Assembly: GCA_964016885.1 (NCBI GenBank)
Contig: OZ024741.1
Span: 360,158,001-360,222,000 of the forward strand
Direction: 5' to 3'
Length of the DNA stretch: 64,000 bases
Source of the DNA: Eledone cirrhosa
Taxonomy: Eukaryota
In this document: positions 42,401-55,700 of the stretch, piece by piece
How the letters are laid out: every line of letters starts with the position of its first letter
How positions within the stretch are numbered: position 1 is the first letter of the stretch
Program-made: the position numbers and the translations under genes
Notes under the pieces: generated by a model
The model's input: only the letters and a program-made list of their open reading frames with translations
What the model was told of the DNA's origin: nothing
Database searches by the model: none

Positions 42401-45400
42401 TTAGAGGGTAGACAGTGTTTTTTGTCATATCCCCAATACAACTGGGTGGACAGGGTGTTTTTGTTGTGGAACAAGCACTGTGGGAGAGCAGGTGTAGAGT
42501 GTTTGGCTTTTCATGCATGCATGAATTAGGAGGGAGAGAAGTATCAGGGGTGTGGAAAGCAGCGGGAGGAGTACATCCTCATCATTGTTAAACAACTATT
42601 TGCCATGCCCACCTGGGCCAGATTGGCTGCCAAGCATAGGAAATGAATGTTTAACCCTTCAGCATTTAAACTGGCCATATCTGGCCAGAATTCTCTCACC
42701 TTTTTCTGTTCAAACTGGCTGTAATTGGCCACTCATACTGATGTTAAGGTATTGTTCTCAAAATGAATAACATTAAAATCTCATAGATTCGATATTATGT
42801 GAGAAAATACAATAGTATATATAGAGTAATCTAAATGCTAAAGGGTTAAATAAATTTGTATTTTGTTACTGTGGCCCAACCAAGGTGCTGAACTCTACAC
42901 ACGAGAGAGGAGGGGGAGAGAGAGGTGGAGAGTGACTTTATGAAGCAACAAAACATGTGAGCTACAGTAATGAGGTTAAATCACCTCAAACACAAATAAA
43001 GAAGTTGATTGGTAGCTTATAGTTGAGACTTCAAAACTGCTGTCAACACTAATAATAACAGCATCAGCAACTATCACATCAAACGAAACAAGCAAGACAC
43101 AACACAGAATACCTCATAACCTCATTGCTACACTATATGGTCACATTAGTAAAGACTATATCATAGAGTGGATAGTGTTGTTCAAGACCATACTGACATG
43201 TGCTATGTTCTAAGTTTAATACAAGGCAGTGAAGTAAGAATTGCCCACATACAAGCAGATTACCTCAAACACTGCTAAAACGGGAGATGTATTTACCTAA
43301 AACTGCAGGATTCAATCTAAAACTTTCCTCAGAAAATACCAAAAAAAAAAAAGAGATGCAAAATACTGAAATTTTACACTGATTATACCAACTAAGGTGC
43401 TTTGACATGGCCTCTTGCACTGCTAGATATAGCAGCCAAATTTTTCTTAAATCTCATCCTACTATATTTAATAAAAAAAAAAAAAATGCTTGATAAACGA
43501 AAAAAAGAGAGTCCCAAAATGGAACATTTAAGCTGGATGTGGCCATCGGATTCACCTAGGAAGGCAATGATTAAATAAAAAATGCCTTAGACTGTGACAA
43601 CTTGCAATCTCTCCAACTTGAAAGCTGACATAAATGATGGTGGTGAGACTGGTATTCTTAATCAGAACTGACAGAACGAAATAACAGACAACTAAATTAT
43701 ATATATATATATTTCTTTCTAACCCATGCTAGGAGGGAAAACAGTCATATTACGCGCACGCGTGCGCGTGTAATATAAAAAATTTAAACATTAAAACTGC
43801 ATAAAGGTGTATGTGTGACACCTGATTTAAGATGATGTACCTAATATAATTCAGTTCATTGAGGCAAAATAAGGACAGGTTAATATCTGAAGAACAACAA
43901 CAGTGGATACTAGTTTAACTGATATTTACCTTTGAAGAGAAACACAGCTACCATTTAAACTGTCTTGAGGTAAGTTACCTATTTCTTGCATCCTCATCTG
44001 CATTTGTTTTGTTAAATGGGGTGCAAGACGCCAGATAAATACACATCTGAAAATTTAGAAACAGTAAAATATAATTCATTTTTTTCTTAAAACTCTGCAA
44101 TATATGTCTTATAGTTATAATGACTGCAGCTTTATAATTACTATTAAACACAAGAAAAAAGTTAACTTTTGTTAATTTATCCACAGTGCTAAAATATTTG
44201 CTTCTTACTCAGAAAATGTAAAATGTGCTTATTTGATCATAAAAATCAAATATTTTCTTGTTTGATTTTTTTTCCCCCCCAAGGTAGTCTTTCATTTTTT
44301 TTTCAGTTGACGAAATATTTAAGACAGAAAATTACTGAGATTATAAGAGCATCAGATTAGAAGCTTTATTGTATTTATTGCAGCTTTTCGCATGCTGTTG
44401 GGGCTTATTTTGGGAGTAGATGTGACTTGTCCAATTTTACACGACCACACAACCCTTTAGATGTTTTTAGCAGAGTTCACTCTATAGCAAGCATTTGAAC
44501 CAAGCCTTCAGTTTGAGGATACCTTCCTCTCTCTCTCTCTCTTTCTCTCAAATCTTAGAAGCCATGTAAAGAGCCACATGCCCAATTCTCCATTCACTAA
44601 ACAGTAAAGAAAACAAAGCGCTATATAATGTGGGTGTACACCTAAAGACAAATTCAATCTGTTTTTATCCCCCATAAACGATACATCTGGCAACATTGCA
44701 GTGCAATAAAATGTTAGTGATATATAGCATACTTTTGACTACATATGATGGAGGCACATGGCTTAGTGGTTAGAGCATTGGCCTTGCAATCAAAAGGTTG
44801 TGAGTTCAATTCTCAGACCGGGTGATGTCTTGTTTCCTTGAGCAAGACACTTTATTTCACATTGCTCCAGTTTACTCAGCTGTAGAAATGAGATGACAGG
44901 GACTGGGGTCCCTATCATTCCACTGCAAAAAAGCACCCAGCCCACACTGTAAAGTGGACGTGGAGGTGCCATGGCAAAAAAGCACCCAGCACTCACTGTA
45001 AATGAGGTTGGTGTTAGGAAGGGCATCCAGCTGTAGAATCAAGCCAGAATCAGTTCCCGTCCCACCCTTGCAAGCAGAGAAAAGCGGACGTAAAATGATG
45101 ATGATGATGATGATGTCTTGTCTGAGAGACAAGCCAATTTTAGGTGAAAGAAGCCCAAGTTCTTACCCATCTCCAGACACTGAAATTAGATGTTTGAGAT
45201 CATTGGTAAACTTTAAGGATGTAGCAATCTCAGAGTGTCCATAAAAGCTGGCAACAAGCTCCCCTGTGTAGAAATCGAAAATAGATAAAATTTTGTCTGA
45301 ACAACTTGTTGCTATGTAAGTTCCTGAGGGATCTAGTTGTAGTTTGATAAGTACTCCATCATCACTGACAGATCCTTTGTAAATCTTCTTTAACTTCGCT

Positions 45401-46681
45401 GACTTGATATTATAAATCCTGAAAATAAATTTCAAAGAAAAGATTGAATAATAATAATAATTGTTTCTACTTTTGGCACAAGGCCAGCAATTAACCAGTA
45501 CATTACTGGTACTTTATTTTATCGACCTCGTAAGGATGAAAGGCAAAGTTAACCTCGACTAATAATAATAATAACGGTTTCTGATTTAGGCACAAGGCCA
45601 ACAATTTGTGGGGAGAGGAAAGATGATTAAATCACCCCCAATGCATTACTGGTACTTTATTTTATACCCCTATAAGGATGAAAGGCAAAGTTAACCACAG
45701 CAGGATTTGAATGCAGATTGTAAAAGGCTGTAACCCTATGCCATAAAGCATGTCTGACACTTAATCCACCACACTAATAATAATAATAATCCAATAAAAA
45801 AGATAAAAAGCACCCAGTCCACCCTATAAGGTGAAAGTGCCGAGGCTGCAAGGGTAAGCACCCAGTTTACCTAGAAAGTCATTAATGGTGGGGTCATGAC
45901 AAAATGCTCCCAGTACACTCTTAAAGTGGTTGGTATTAGGAAAGGCATCCAGATGTGGAAACAAAGCCAAAATGGAGCATATGAGCAAGATGTGGTCACC
46001 TGACCTGTCCAATTTCTGTATGTGATAACCTTTCTAACACTTGCAAGCATGGAAAATAAATTTTAAATGGTGGAAATGATGATATCATAAAGATTTCATA
46101 TTCTAAAATATCTCCCATAGGCACAGGCATAAAATATGGAATATGATTCTTATAGATGTCAAAGATTAAGACTTGATGTAGGAACAAGACATATGTACTA
46201 ACAATGTGGCAAGATAAGTCCTCCTTTGATGAAAATGTTTCTTGTTTTTGCACAAAAATTAAATACTGCAATATGAGTTTACCTTACATTCCTGTCTTGA
46301 CAAGCTGTGGCTACAAACTTTTCTGTAGCATTAATGTCCATATCATATAGAGTTGTCTTGCCCACTAGATGTTGGTGGAGATGAAACTGAAATTCTGGAT
46401 GCTGGAGTAAATAAATATGAGATGAGTAAATCAGCTTTCAAGTAAATAGAAAACAATTAAAACTTCTGTATAGGATTTGAAAAAAAAAATCACTTGTGAA
46501 ACATTGAGAAAGCAAATGTTTTGAAATTTAATCACAGTAAAGGGGGATATAAATTGCAAAATATTTAAGTCTTTTGTCTGAAGTTTCAAAACTCACAAAA
46601 TACATTATGTTAGATATAGAACTAGTACATAGTCCATTGTTTTATAAAAGGAATAAGAAATATTCTGTTTCTTCATCAAAC

Positions 46682-46720
<39 letters not shown>

Positions 46721-49700
46721 CAGAGAGAGAGAGAGAGAGAGAACATAGCAAACAGAATAGTGATTTTGGGTATGATTGAAAGCATTGTATAACATTTGTT
46801 CACCACCCCACCTGGGTGGCGTATTGTGTTATTGAATAATCTCATGTTGCTTCAGTCAACTCAGCTGAAAATAAGTACCAGCAACATGGGGGGAGTACTG
46901 TGATCAACTGTTGTGCTGTCCAGGATGAGCTCTTTTACTCTCAGTTGCTTAATGTCAATGAAACTAGCATAAGCTCTGGCCTAATGAACCCCTGGGCTTG
47001 GAACAAAGTTTTTAGATATTTTCTGCTACATCCTTACAATATAGAGTGAATTTACTAGTAAAATGTTCATTTTAAGCTACTTTCCAACACAACTACTTTT
47101 CAAAATATTTGTGCTACTTCTTATGGAAGTGATCAGGCAACCCAGGTATAATTTGTATGAGAGATAGATGTATCAAGTAAACCAGTTAATCTTTATGTAG
47201 GTGTTAGAGCATAAATGATTATAAAATTATAATGGCAATTAATGAAAGAAAACCTTAAGACCTAACCAAGCAAAAATTTTTCAGAGAAACTCACCAGCTG
47301 TGCATTTCGAAACAGAAGAGATTTATCGGCACTGCAACTTAGCATTCGAAACTGACCATCATTTTTAGTGAATTTCACTGCTGTAATGGACGAGGAGTGG
47401 TCATCTAGTGTTTGTAATAGACCATAATCTTGTTCAACATCAAAAATATGGATTAACCGATCCCTGCTTGCTGTGGCTAATAGTCGCGGTTCTAAAAAAG
47501 AAGAAAGAAGAAAATTGAAGACTTTACACTTTATATTAAGAATTACTGGCAAGTACCTTAGTAGCTAATTTCTTTCCAGGCTTCAATAAACTAAACAACA
47601 CACCAACATGTTCTTCACTGCCTTTGATGTCTACAATTTCTCACAAATTCAAAGAAACAGACAGAATTAAAAATTTTGCAAATTATAACTAAAGTAGAAG
47701 TGACAACCTCACTAGTGAAGGTAGCATGATGGAAGGCATTCAGCACCTCCTGTAAACTGACTAATGAATGAACAAAGACACTTGGTTATGTTGAGGACTT
47801 GATAACCTCTCTAGTACTGTTGACATGATAAACTGCACCCAGCACACTTTGTAAGGAGGCTGGAGATTGAATGGAGACAATGTCTCTAGCACTGGTGTCA
47901 CAATAAAATACACCCAGTATGCAGGGCTGAGGAGCAAAGGGGGTAATTACCATGGGCCCTCCGCTGTGGGGTGGTATGGGGGGGAGAATACTCTAGCTAT
48001 AGCCGTAACAATTTATTTGCACCCTCTGCTGGGCCTTTTAGTTTTATCCTTTCGACAACGAGTACTATATTTTAAACAAAATGTATTTAATGTCCTTACT
48101 GTGGCAAAATTCAATAAATTTTCTCAATATTAGAGACATCAGGTTGTTATCAGAACAATATAAAAAGTATTTAATGTCGCTATATAAAGTGATTGTGCTG
48201 GTATCACAAAAACAATGTACGCAGTAAACACTCTAAAGTGGTTATGTTAGGAAGGGCACCCAGCAATAGAAACCATGCCAAATATGTATTGTATGAGCAA
48301 GATGAGGTCGCTCCGATATGTTTGGTCTCAGACTGCAACAACCTGTCCGACACATGCCAGGGTGGAAAGTGGACATAAAATGGGGATGGTTAGATTATAA
48401 AAATTTAATACCTGTATGGAAAACTTATCAATTCTAATTACATGCACCAACTAACTTTGATGTGTAAAATAGGGGCCTTGGTGTGTATTCTAATTTTTTG
48501 TGCATGGAAAACGGACATAAAATGATGATGGTGATGATGATGATGATGATGATGATGATGAGGGTAGCGATAATACAAAGAGATGGTAAAATAAATCCTG
48601 ATTTAATTTGTTTCAAAGATATCTAATGTGATTTCTTTGTCATTTAATACCTATTTTATCAACAATAGAGGCATGAATATCTAGGTTTAACTCTTTGGCA
48701 TTTAAACCGGCTGTATCCGGCCAGGTATTCTCTAACCTCTTTCTGTTCAAACCTGCCATAATTGGCCACTCATACTGATGTTAAGATATTGTTCTCAAAA
48801 TAAATAACATCAAAATCTCGTAGCTTCGATATTATGTGAGATAAAGCCTTTACTCTGAAAATACAATAATAAATATAAAGTAATGTAAATGCTAAAGGGT
48901 TTATGAAATTTAAAACCTCTGGGTGCTGCAGAAGATGATGGGAATAGAACCAGAGTTGAATGTTGTAAAGAGAAATGAAATGAGGTGGTTAGGTCATGTG
49001 CTGAGGAAGGATGAAAATGACTGGGTGAGAGGAATGATGGAAATGAATGTGGAAGGAGGTAGAAGGGAAAGACCAAGAAAGACACAGATAAAGATGATAG
49101 AGGGGGAAATGAAATCCAGGGAGTTGGTGAGAATGGGGGTGCAAATGATAGGGGGAAATGAAGAAGCTTGTTATGAGGCCTGTCAGGTTAATCCCTGCTT
49201 TAGTGGGGAAGATGGTCTTAAAACGTTGTTGTTGTAGGTTGTTAATTATCCATCATTTCAGCCTAGATTGGTAGGAACTGGCACAAGCAGAAACTAAGTC
49301 CTTACCTGTATGTAGTGGAGAATATTCCAGGGATAATACTTCAGCATCATGTGCTTCAATTGCTTTTGTTTCTATCATGTCTGTCAAATCATAGATCCTG
49401 AAATACAAAATATTTCATTGACATTCATGATGATGATGATGATGATAATGACAATGATGATGACAATGACAATGATGATGACGATGACCACAATGCTGCT
49501 GCTGATGACTGCCATGATGATGACAATGACGACGATAATGACAATGACAATTTCTATTTTAATCACAAGGCCAGTAATTTGTAGAGAGAACTGTAGCGGT
49601 TGTCTCCCTTGTTTTGATTGGGATCTAGACGGGAAGTGGAACCCTTTCTGCAACTTCCGGTCAGAGCCCTATAAAACTAACAACTTTAAGCTTCCTTTCT

Positions 49701-52700
49701 CTCTTTGCCTTTTCGGCACCAGGTCAAGAGTCTTCTCATTTGGCTCTGCCATTAATTTGGCCAACAGGCGCCTGGCCTTAGCCAGGCGCCCTCTGCCAGC
49801 CGCGTTTGCCTGGCAATCAAAACGGTAACTACTAACTTTGTTTCATTCTAACATCTATCTTTGACATGTCAAGTATTCTATCTACCGTTAATTAAATATT
49901 ATATACACAAACATTGTCTCGTTTTGTTACATTCATACACCCAGTATCCTCGCTATATTGGTGACCCTGACGTGATACGAACACGCAGCCGTTCATCGCT
50001 ATAAGTGGTCACCCCCCCAAAAAAAGAAAAAATAGCACATCTGGTTTTGTGAGTAACATTACGAATACACAGCAAATTTAGCGACAAACTATGAAAATAC
50101 TCAAGGACACGCACACACGCACATGTGGAATTCGCACAGACATACTTTTTCTCTCACGCATCAATTAACTGTCGCATTTCACCAATATATATATATATGT
50201 TTCTCGTTTCTTACAACGAACACTTTCAAAACAAAAAAAACATTTCGCGATATATATATATGTTTCTCGTTTCTTACAACGAACTCTTTCAAAACACAAA
50301 AAAAAAAAAAGAAATTTGATATTCTTTAAAAAACATTTCAACAGGAACATTTATTTTCGATGAACCATTGCCTTTTGTTCTTCGTTTTCTTCACCGTTCA
50401 AGTTTTTTGTTTTTTTTTCCAAAGTTCACACCTATAATTATGCTGATTGAAGCCTTTCTTTTTCATCATTGTCACTTTCAAAATTGCACTATCATTTTCT
50501 CGCGCGTTAGAAATATTTTTTTTTCAACCTTGTATTGGCACGTGTAGGCAGTATAAATTCTCGATTCACTGAGATGTCTCTCCTCACAGACAGCCGCACG
50601 CCAGAGATAGCATTTCTCCCCCAAGGATTCTTCAGCCTTAAGCTATATTCTTCTATTTGCCGGTTTATAAATTTACAATGTAAATTTACCGTTGATAACC
50701 GCGCATTTATTAAGAATGCTTATTTCTCTGGTCGCTGGCCTCTTGACCCTTCCAGGTCAACGCATTCTCAACATCGACCATCAACTTCGGCTACTATTTC
50801 TAGCACTTTGCGCAACTCATTTTTTCTAAAAAAAAATTTTTTACTGTGAATTTAAACACCGAATACGCTCACTCAGCGAGACAACAGCAGCAGCAACAGC
50901 AATATAACAGCAACAGCAATACATCAATACAGCTTCACCAAAGCCAGAGAATTTATTTTTGCAGCACTCTTCCTGTGAGAAAATCCATTCGGAGGTTGGA
51001 AATTTAACGATATACCACAGAACAGAAACCACCTGCATTCATTCTCTGGAACACACTTTCTTTCCTGCTGTCATGTGATTGCACACCTGTGAACTATATT
51101 TTGAACTTTGAGCTCTTCTATTACTTTTACTTTATTACATTGTATCTTTGGGTGATGGATAGATGGATAGATGGATGTCCAGTCGTTCTCTGGCCAAGAG
51201 CGGTTGGCTACCTTGATATCTATCATTGATTTTTCCAAACATTCTTTTGTCGTAATTTTCATGCCTGTTACAACATTCTCGCCAACTTGCTACATATTTT
51301 CATTTCGATTTTTATACACTAAAATTCTGGCGGGAGGTTATGTAGCGATTCACTGAGATGTCTCTACTCACAGACAGCCGCACGCCATTTCTCCCCCAAG
51401 GATTCTTCAGCCTTAAGCTATATTCTTCTATTTGCCGGTTTATAAATTTACAATGTAAATTTACCGTTGATAACCGCGCATTTATTAGGAATGCTTATTT
51501 TTCTGGTCGCTGGCCTCTTGACCCTTCCAGGTCAACGCATTCTCAACATGGACCATCAACTTCGGCTACTATTTCTAGCACTTTGCGCAACTCATTTTTT
51601 CTAAAAAAAAAAAAAATTTTTTACTGTGAATTTAAACACCGAATACGCTCACTCAGCGAGACAACAGCAGCAGCAACAGCAATATAACAGCAACAGCAAT
51701 ACATCAACACAGCTTCACCAAAGCCAGAGAATTTATTTTTGCAGCACTCTTCCTGTGAGAAAATCCATTCGGAGGTTGGAAATTTCACGATATACCACAG
51801 AACAGAAACCACCTGCATTCATTCTCTGGAACACACTTTCTTTCCAGCGGTCATGTGATTGCACACCTGTGAACTATATTTTGAACTTTGAGCTCTTCTA
51901 TTACTTTTACTTTATTACATTGTATCTTTGGGTGATGGATAGATGGATGTCCAGTCGTTCTCTGGCCAAGAGCGGTTGGCTACCTTGATATCTATCATTG
52001 ATTTTTCCAAACATTCTTTTGTCGTAATTTTCATGCCTGTTACAACATTCTCGCCAACTTGCTACATATTTTCATTTCGATTTTTATACACTAAAATTCT
52101 GGCGGGAGGTTATGTAGCGGTTGTCTCCCTTGTTTTGATTGGGATCTAGACGGGAAGTGGAACCCTTTCTGCAACTTCCGGTCAGAGCCCTATAAAACTA
52201 ACAACTTTAAGCTTCCTTTCTCTCTTTGCCTTTTCGGCACCAGGTCAAGAGTCTTCTCATTTGGCTCTGCCATTAATTTGGCCAACAGGCGCCTGGCCTT
52301 AGCCAGGCGCCCTCTGCCAGCCGCGTTTGCCTGGCAATCAAAACGGTAACTACTAACTTTGTTTCATTCTAACATCTATCTTTGACATGTCAAGTATTCT
52401 ATCTACCATTAATTAAATATTATAGACACAAACATTGTCTCGTTTTGTTACATTCATACATACCCAGTATCCTCGCTATAGAACAAATTCAATTAAATCA
52501 ACCCCAGCACTTGCATGGTACTTTATTTTATCAGCCAACCTCTTCACAGAAGGATGAAAGGCAAAGTTGACTACGGCAGCATTTGAACTCGGAGTCTAAA
52601 GGACAACAAATGGTACAAAATATTTTGTTCGATGCTCTAATGATTCTGCTTAATAATAAGGGTATTTACTTTAGATGCAAGGTCACCAGTATTCTTTTTC

Positions 52701-55700
52701 ATTTGTAGTTAGAGTTAACTAAATCAAGTGCTCTAACATCTGTTACTGAGGTAGTTTAAAATACTCAGACTATGTGTGTTTATCAAACAAACATATTGTA
52801 TATATGTCCACATACACCCTTAACCCAATAGTAATATACCTAATAAACTAATCAACTATATCTCTTGTAACAAATTTTATAATATTTTACCAATTACAAA
52901 TATTTGATTGGTACTTATTTCAAAAACCTAGGTAAGATGGTTCAAAATCAACTGCAGTGGGATTTGAACTCAAAAGATAAATATATATAAAAGGATATAA
53001 AGGCAGTGAATTGACAACTGTTAAGGCGTCAGTTTAAATGTTTTGGTATTTGTTCCAGCTCAGTGCTCAACTTTGCTTGTAGCCCTTATTGGTTGATAAA
53101 TAAAGTACCAATCCAGTATATGGATCCATTCTCCCACTATTTCTCTTTTTTTTCTCTCTGGAGAGGGATGAGCCTTGTCAAGTTTGAAATGCCCATGGAT
53201 GGTACCCCTCCAATTCCATCGGGAGTTAAAGGCCATTTTCCTTGCTTTTTCCAAGGGACACAACTCCGAGTATAAAGGGACATAATTCTGTCAATCCACC
53301 GTCTTAATACAAATAATTTTTAACTTATGCACTGAACCACATTCAGAGAAAAAGTATAGTCGACTGAATTGAGCCTAAAAGAATAAGAGACCAAATTATC
53401 CCTGGTTGGATTTGAATTTAAGGCAAACTACACACCTCAACACATTTAAACTACGAGCGAACATAATGTATGAATGTATTCCTCTATATGTGCAATTTGG
53501 GAAACTTCAGCGGTCCGACTTGCCAGGAAAGAACGTCGGAATGCTGAACGGGAATATAAACTGCATAAATCAGATGCCAACAGAAAAAAGCAGAATAAAT
53601 CTTCTAACCATCTCAAGCAAGTGACAAAGAAGGAAGTGCTTGAATTTGAACAGTGCATAGCAACCAATCCTGACAGTAAGGTGTTCTGGAAATATGTTCA
53701 TTCAAAGCAGAGACCTCACTCTCCAGTTGGTCCTCTTCACAATCCCCACACAAGCCAGATCACTGACGATCCCAAAGAATGCGCAGAACTCATTGCTGAG
53801 TGCTATGCAAGTATTTTTACTGTTGAAAACCAGAATGTACCATCTCCACCATCTCTAACATCAAATTCCATAACAACTATGGAATTTACACCTGCAATGT
53901 TGCGACGTCACCTTCAGAATAAGCGCAACTATGCCTCCCCTGGTCTTGATGTGTGACATACCTGCTTCTCAAACGTGGCAGGTATTTCCTTTTGCGCCAG
54001 CTTTCTTTCTTCTTTCAATACTGTCTCAACAATGGTGCTACTCCGGAACAGTGGAAAACTGCCAGTGTCATTCCCCTGTTCAAAAAGGGCAACCGCATGT
54101 CACCTGTCAACTATCGTCCAGTCAGTCTTACTAGCTGTATGGCCAAACTGATGGAATCCTGTGTCAGAGAAACACTTTGGAACTTCTGGAGCTCTCACAG
54201 CCTCATCTGGCCCTCACAGTTTGGATTTATCCCTAACTCCAGCTGCTGTGATCAGCTTATCGAGTTCCTTGAAGACATCACCCGGATCACTGACAGCGGC
54301 TCATGGGTGGATGTTGTTTACCTTGACTTTGCTAAGGCTTTTAATTCTGTGCCACACAAAAGACTTATGGCAAAACTCTCTGCAATGGGTGTGAGGGATG
54401 ATCTTTTCGACTGGTTGAAATCCTTCATTCTCAGCCGAAAAGAAGTAGTCACGGTTCTAGGACAGCATTCTTCACCATATGAGATGTCATCTGGTGTACC
54501 ACAGGGATCTGTTCTTGGTCCCCTTTTGTTTGTGGCATATATTAATGACATAGATGCCAACTTACAGAATGCCACGGTACTGAAATATGCAGATGACATC
54601 AAGCTGTACCTTGAAATCAAAAGGACTGATCCTGAAATTTACAACTCTTTCCTACAATCAGACCTGGACACAATGCAGCAATGGATCACAGACTGGCAAC
54701 TGAAGCTGGCTGTGGACAAGTGTACCACCATGCATTTTGGAAGGAACAATCCAGCGTCCACATACTCCCTCCACAACACTGATATCAAGAAGTCCTCTTG
54801 TGAACGTGACCTGGGCATTACTGTCAGCAGCGATTTGCGTTGGACAAAGCATGTCTCCAAGATTGTCAAGAAGGGCGAGGGTGTCTTGGCATCACTCAGC
54901 AAGACCTTTGTCAGCCGCTCTCCAGCCATCTATTTAAAACTGTATACAGCTATGGTACGACCACACTTGGAATTCGCATCATCAGTCTGGAACCCCTATC
55001 TTGCTCAGAACATTGACCTCCTGGAAACTGTTCAGAGACGTGCAACCAAGCGCATACACTCCATCAGACACCTATCCTACTCTGAACGCCTTGCTTCCCT
55101 GGGCATGGATTCATTGAAGCTCCGACGTCTGGTAATGGACTTGGTGAATACCCACAAAGTTATTAACCATCTCGCCAATTGCAACCCTGAGCACCTTTTT
55201 GATCTCCATGTGTCTAACACACGTGGACATGCCTACAAAATCAGAAAACAGCACAGCTCCCATGACTTTCGTAGACATTTTTTCACGCTCAGTGTTGCTG
55301 AAGCATGGAACAAACTGCCTGCGTCAGTTGTTAGCTGCCGAGACACTGCATCCTTTAAGACACTCATGCTTCCCGAAATACGCCAAAACTACACCTGATG
55401 TACCCCTTCCATACACATGCACACATGTGTGTATAATGACTCGTGCACTGTTCATTTTACTGATGTTTGTGCATTGCCCTATGTACTGTACATGCACTTT
55501 TTGATGAGTTGTGGTGCACCTGGGCACTGTACACAATATTTCATCATTATTATTATTATATCATGACTCATACACTGTTCATTTTCCTGACATTTGTACA
55601 TTATTCTATGTACTATACATGCACCTTTGATGAGTTGTAGTGCACCTGAGCACTGTACACAATAATATTATCATTATCATGTTGATGTGAAGTTGTTATG

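Noticed and set aside
50535-52149. Duplicated ORFs ([10 protein letters not shown]..., MDVQSFSGQ..., MQVVSVLW...) as small genes
   Set aside because: They recur only because of the internal tandem duplication. They show no recognisable domains and indels differ between copies.
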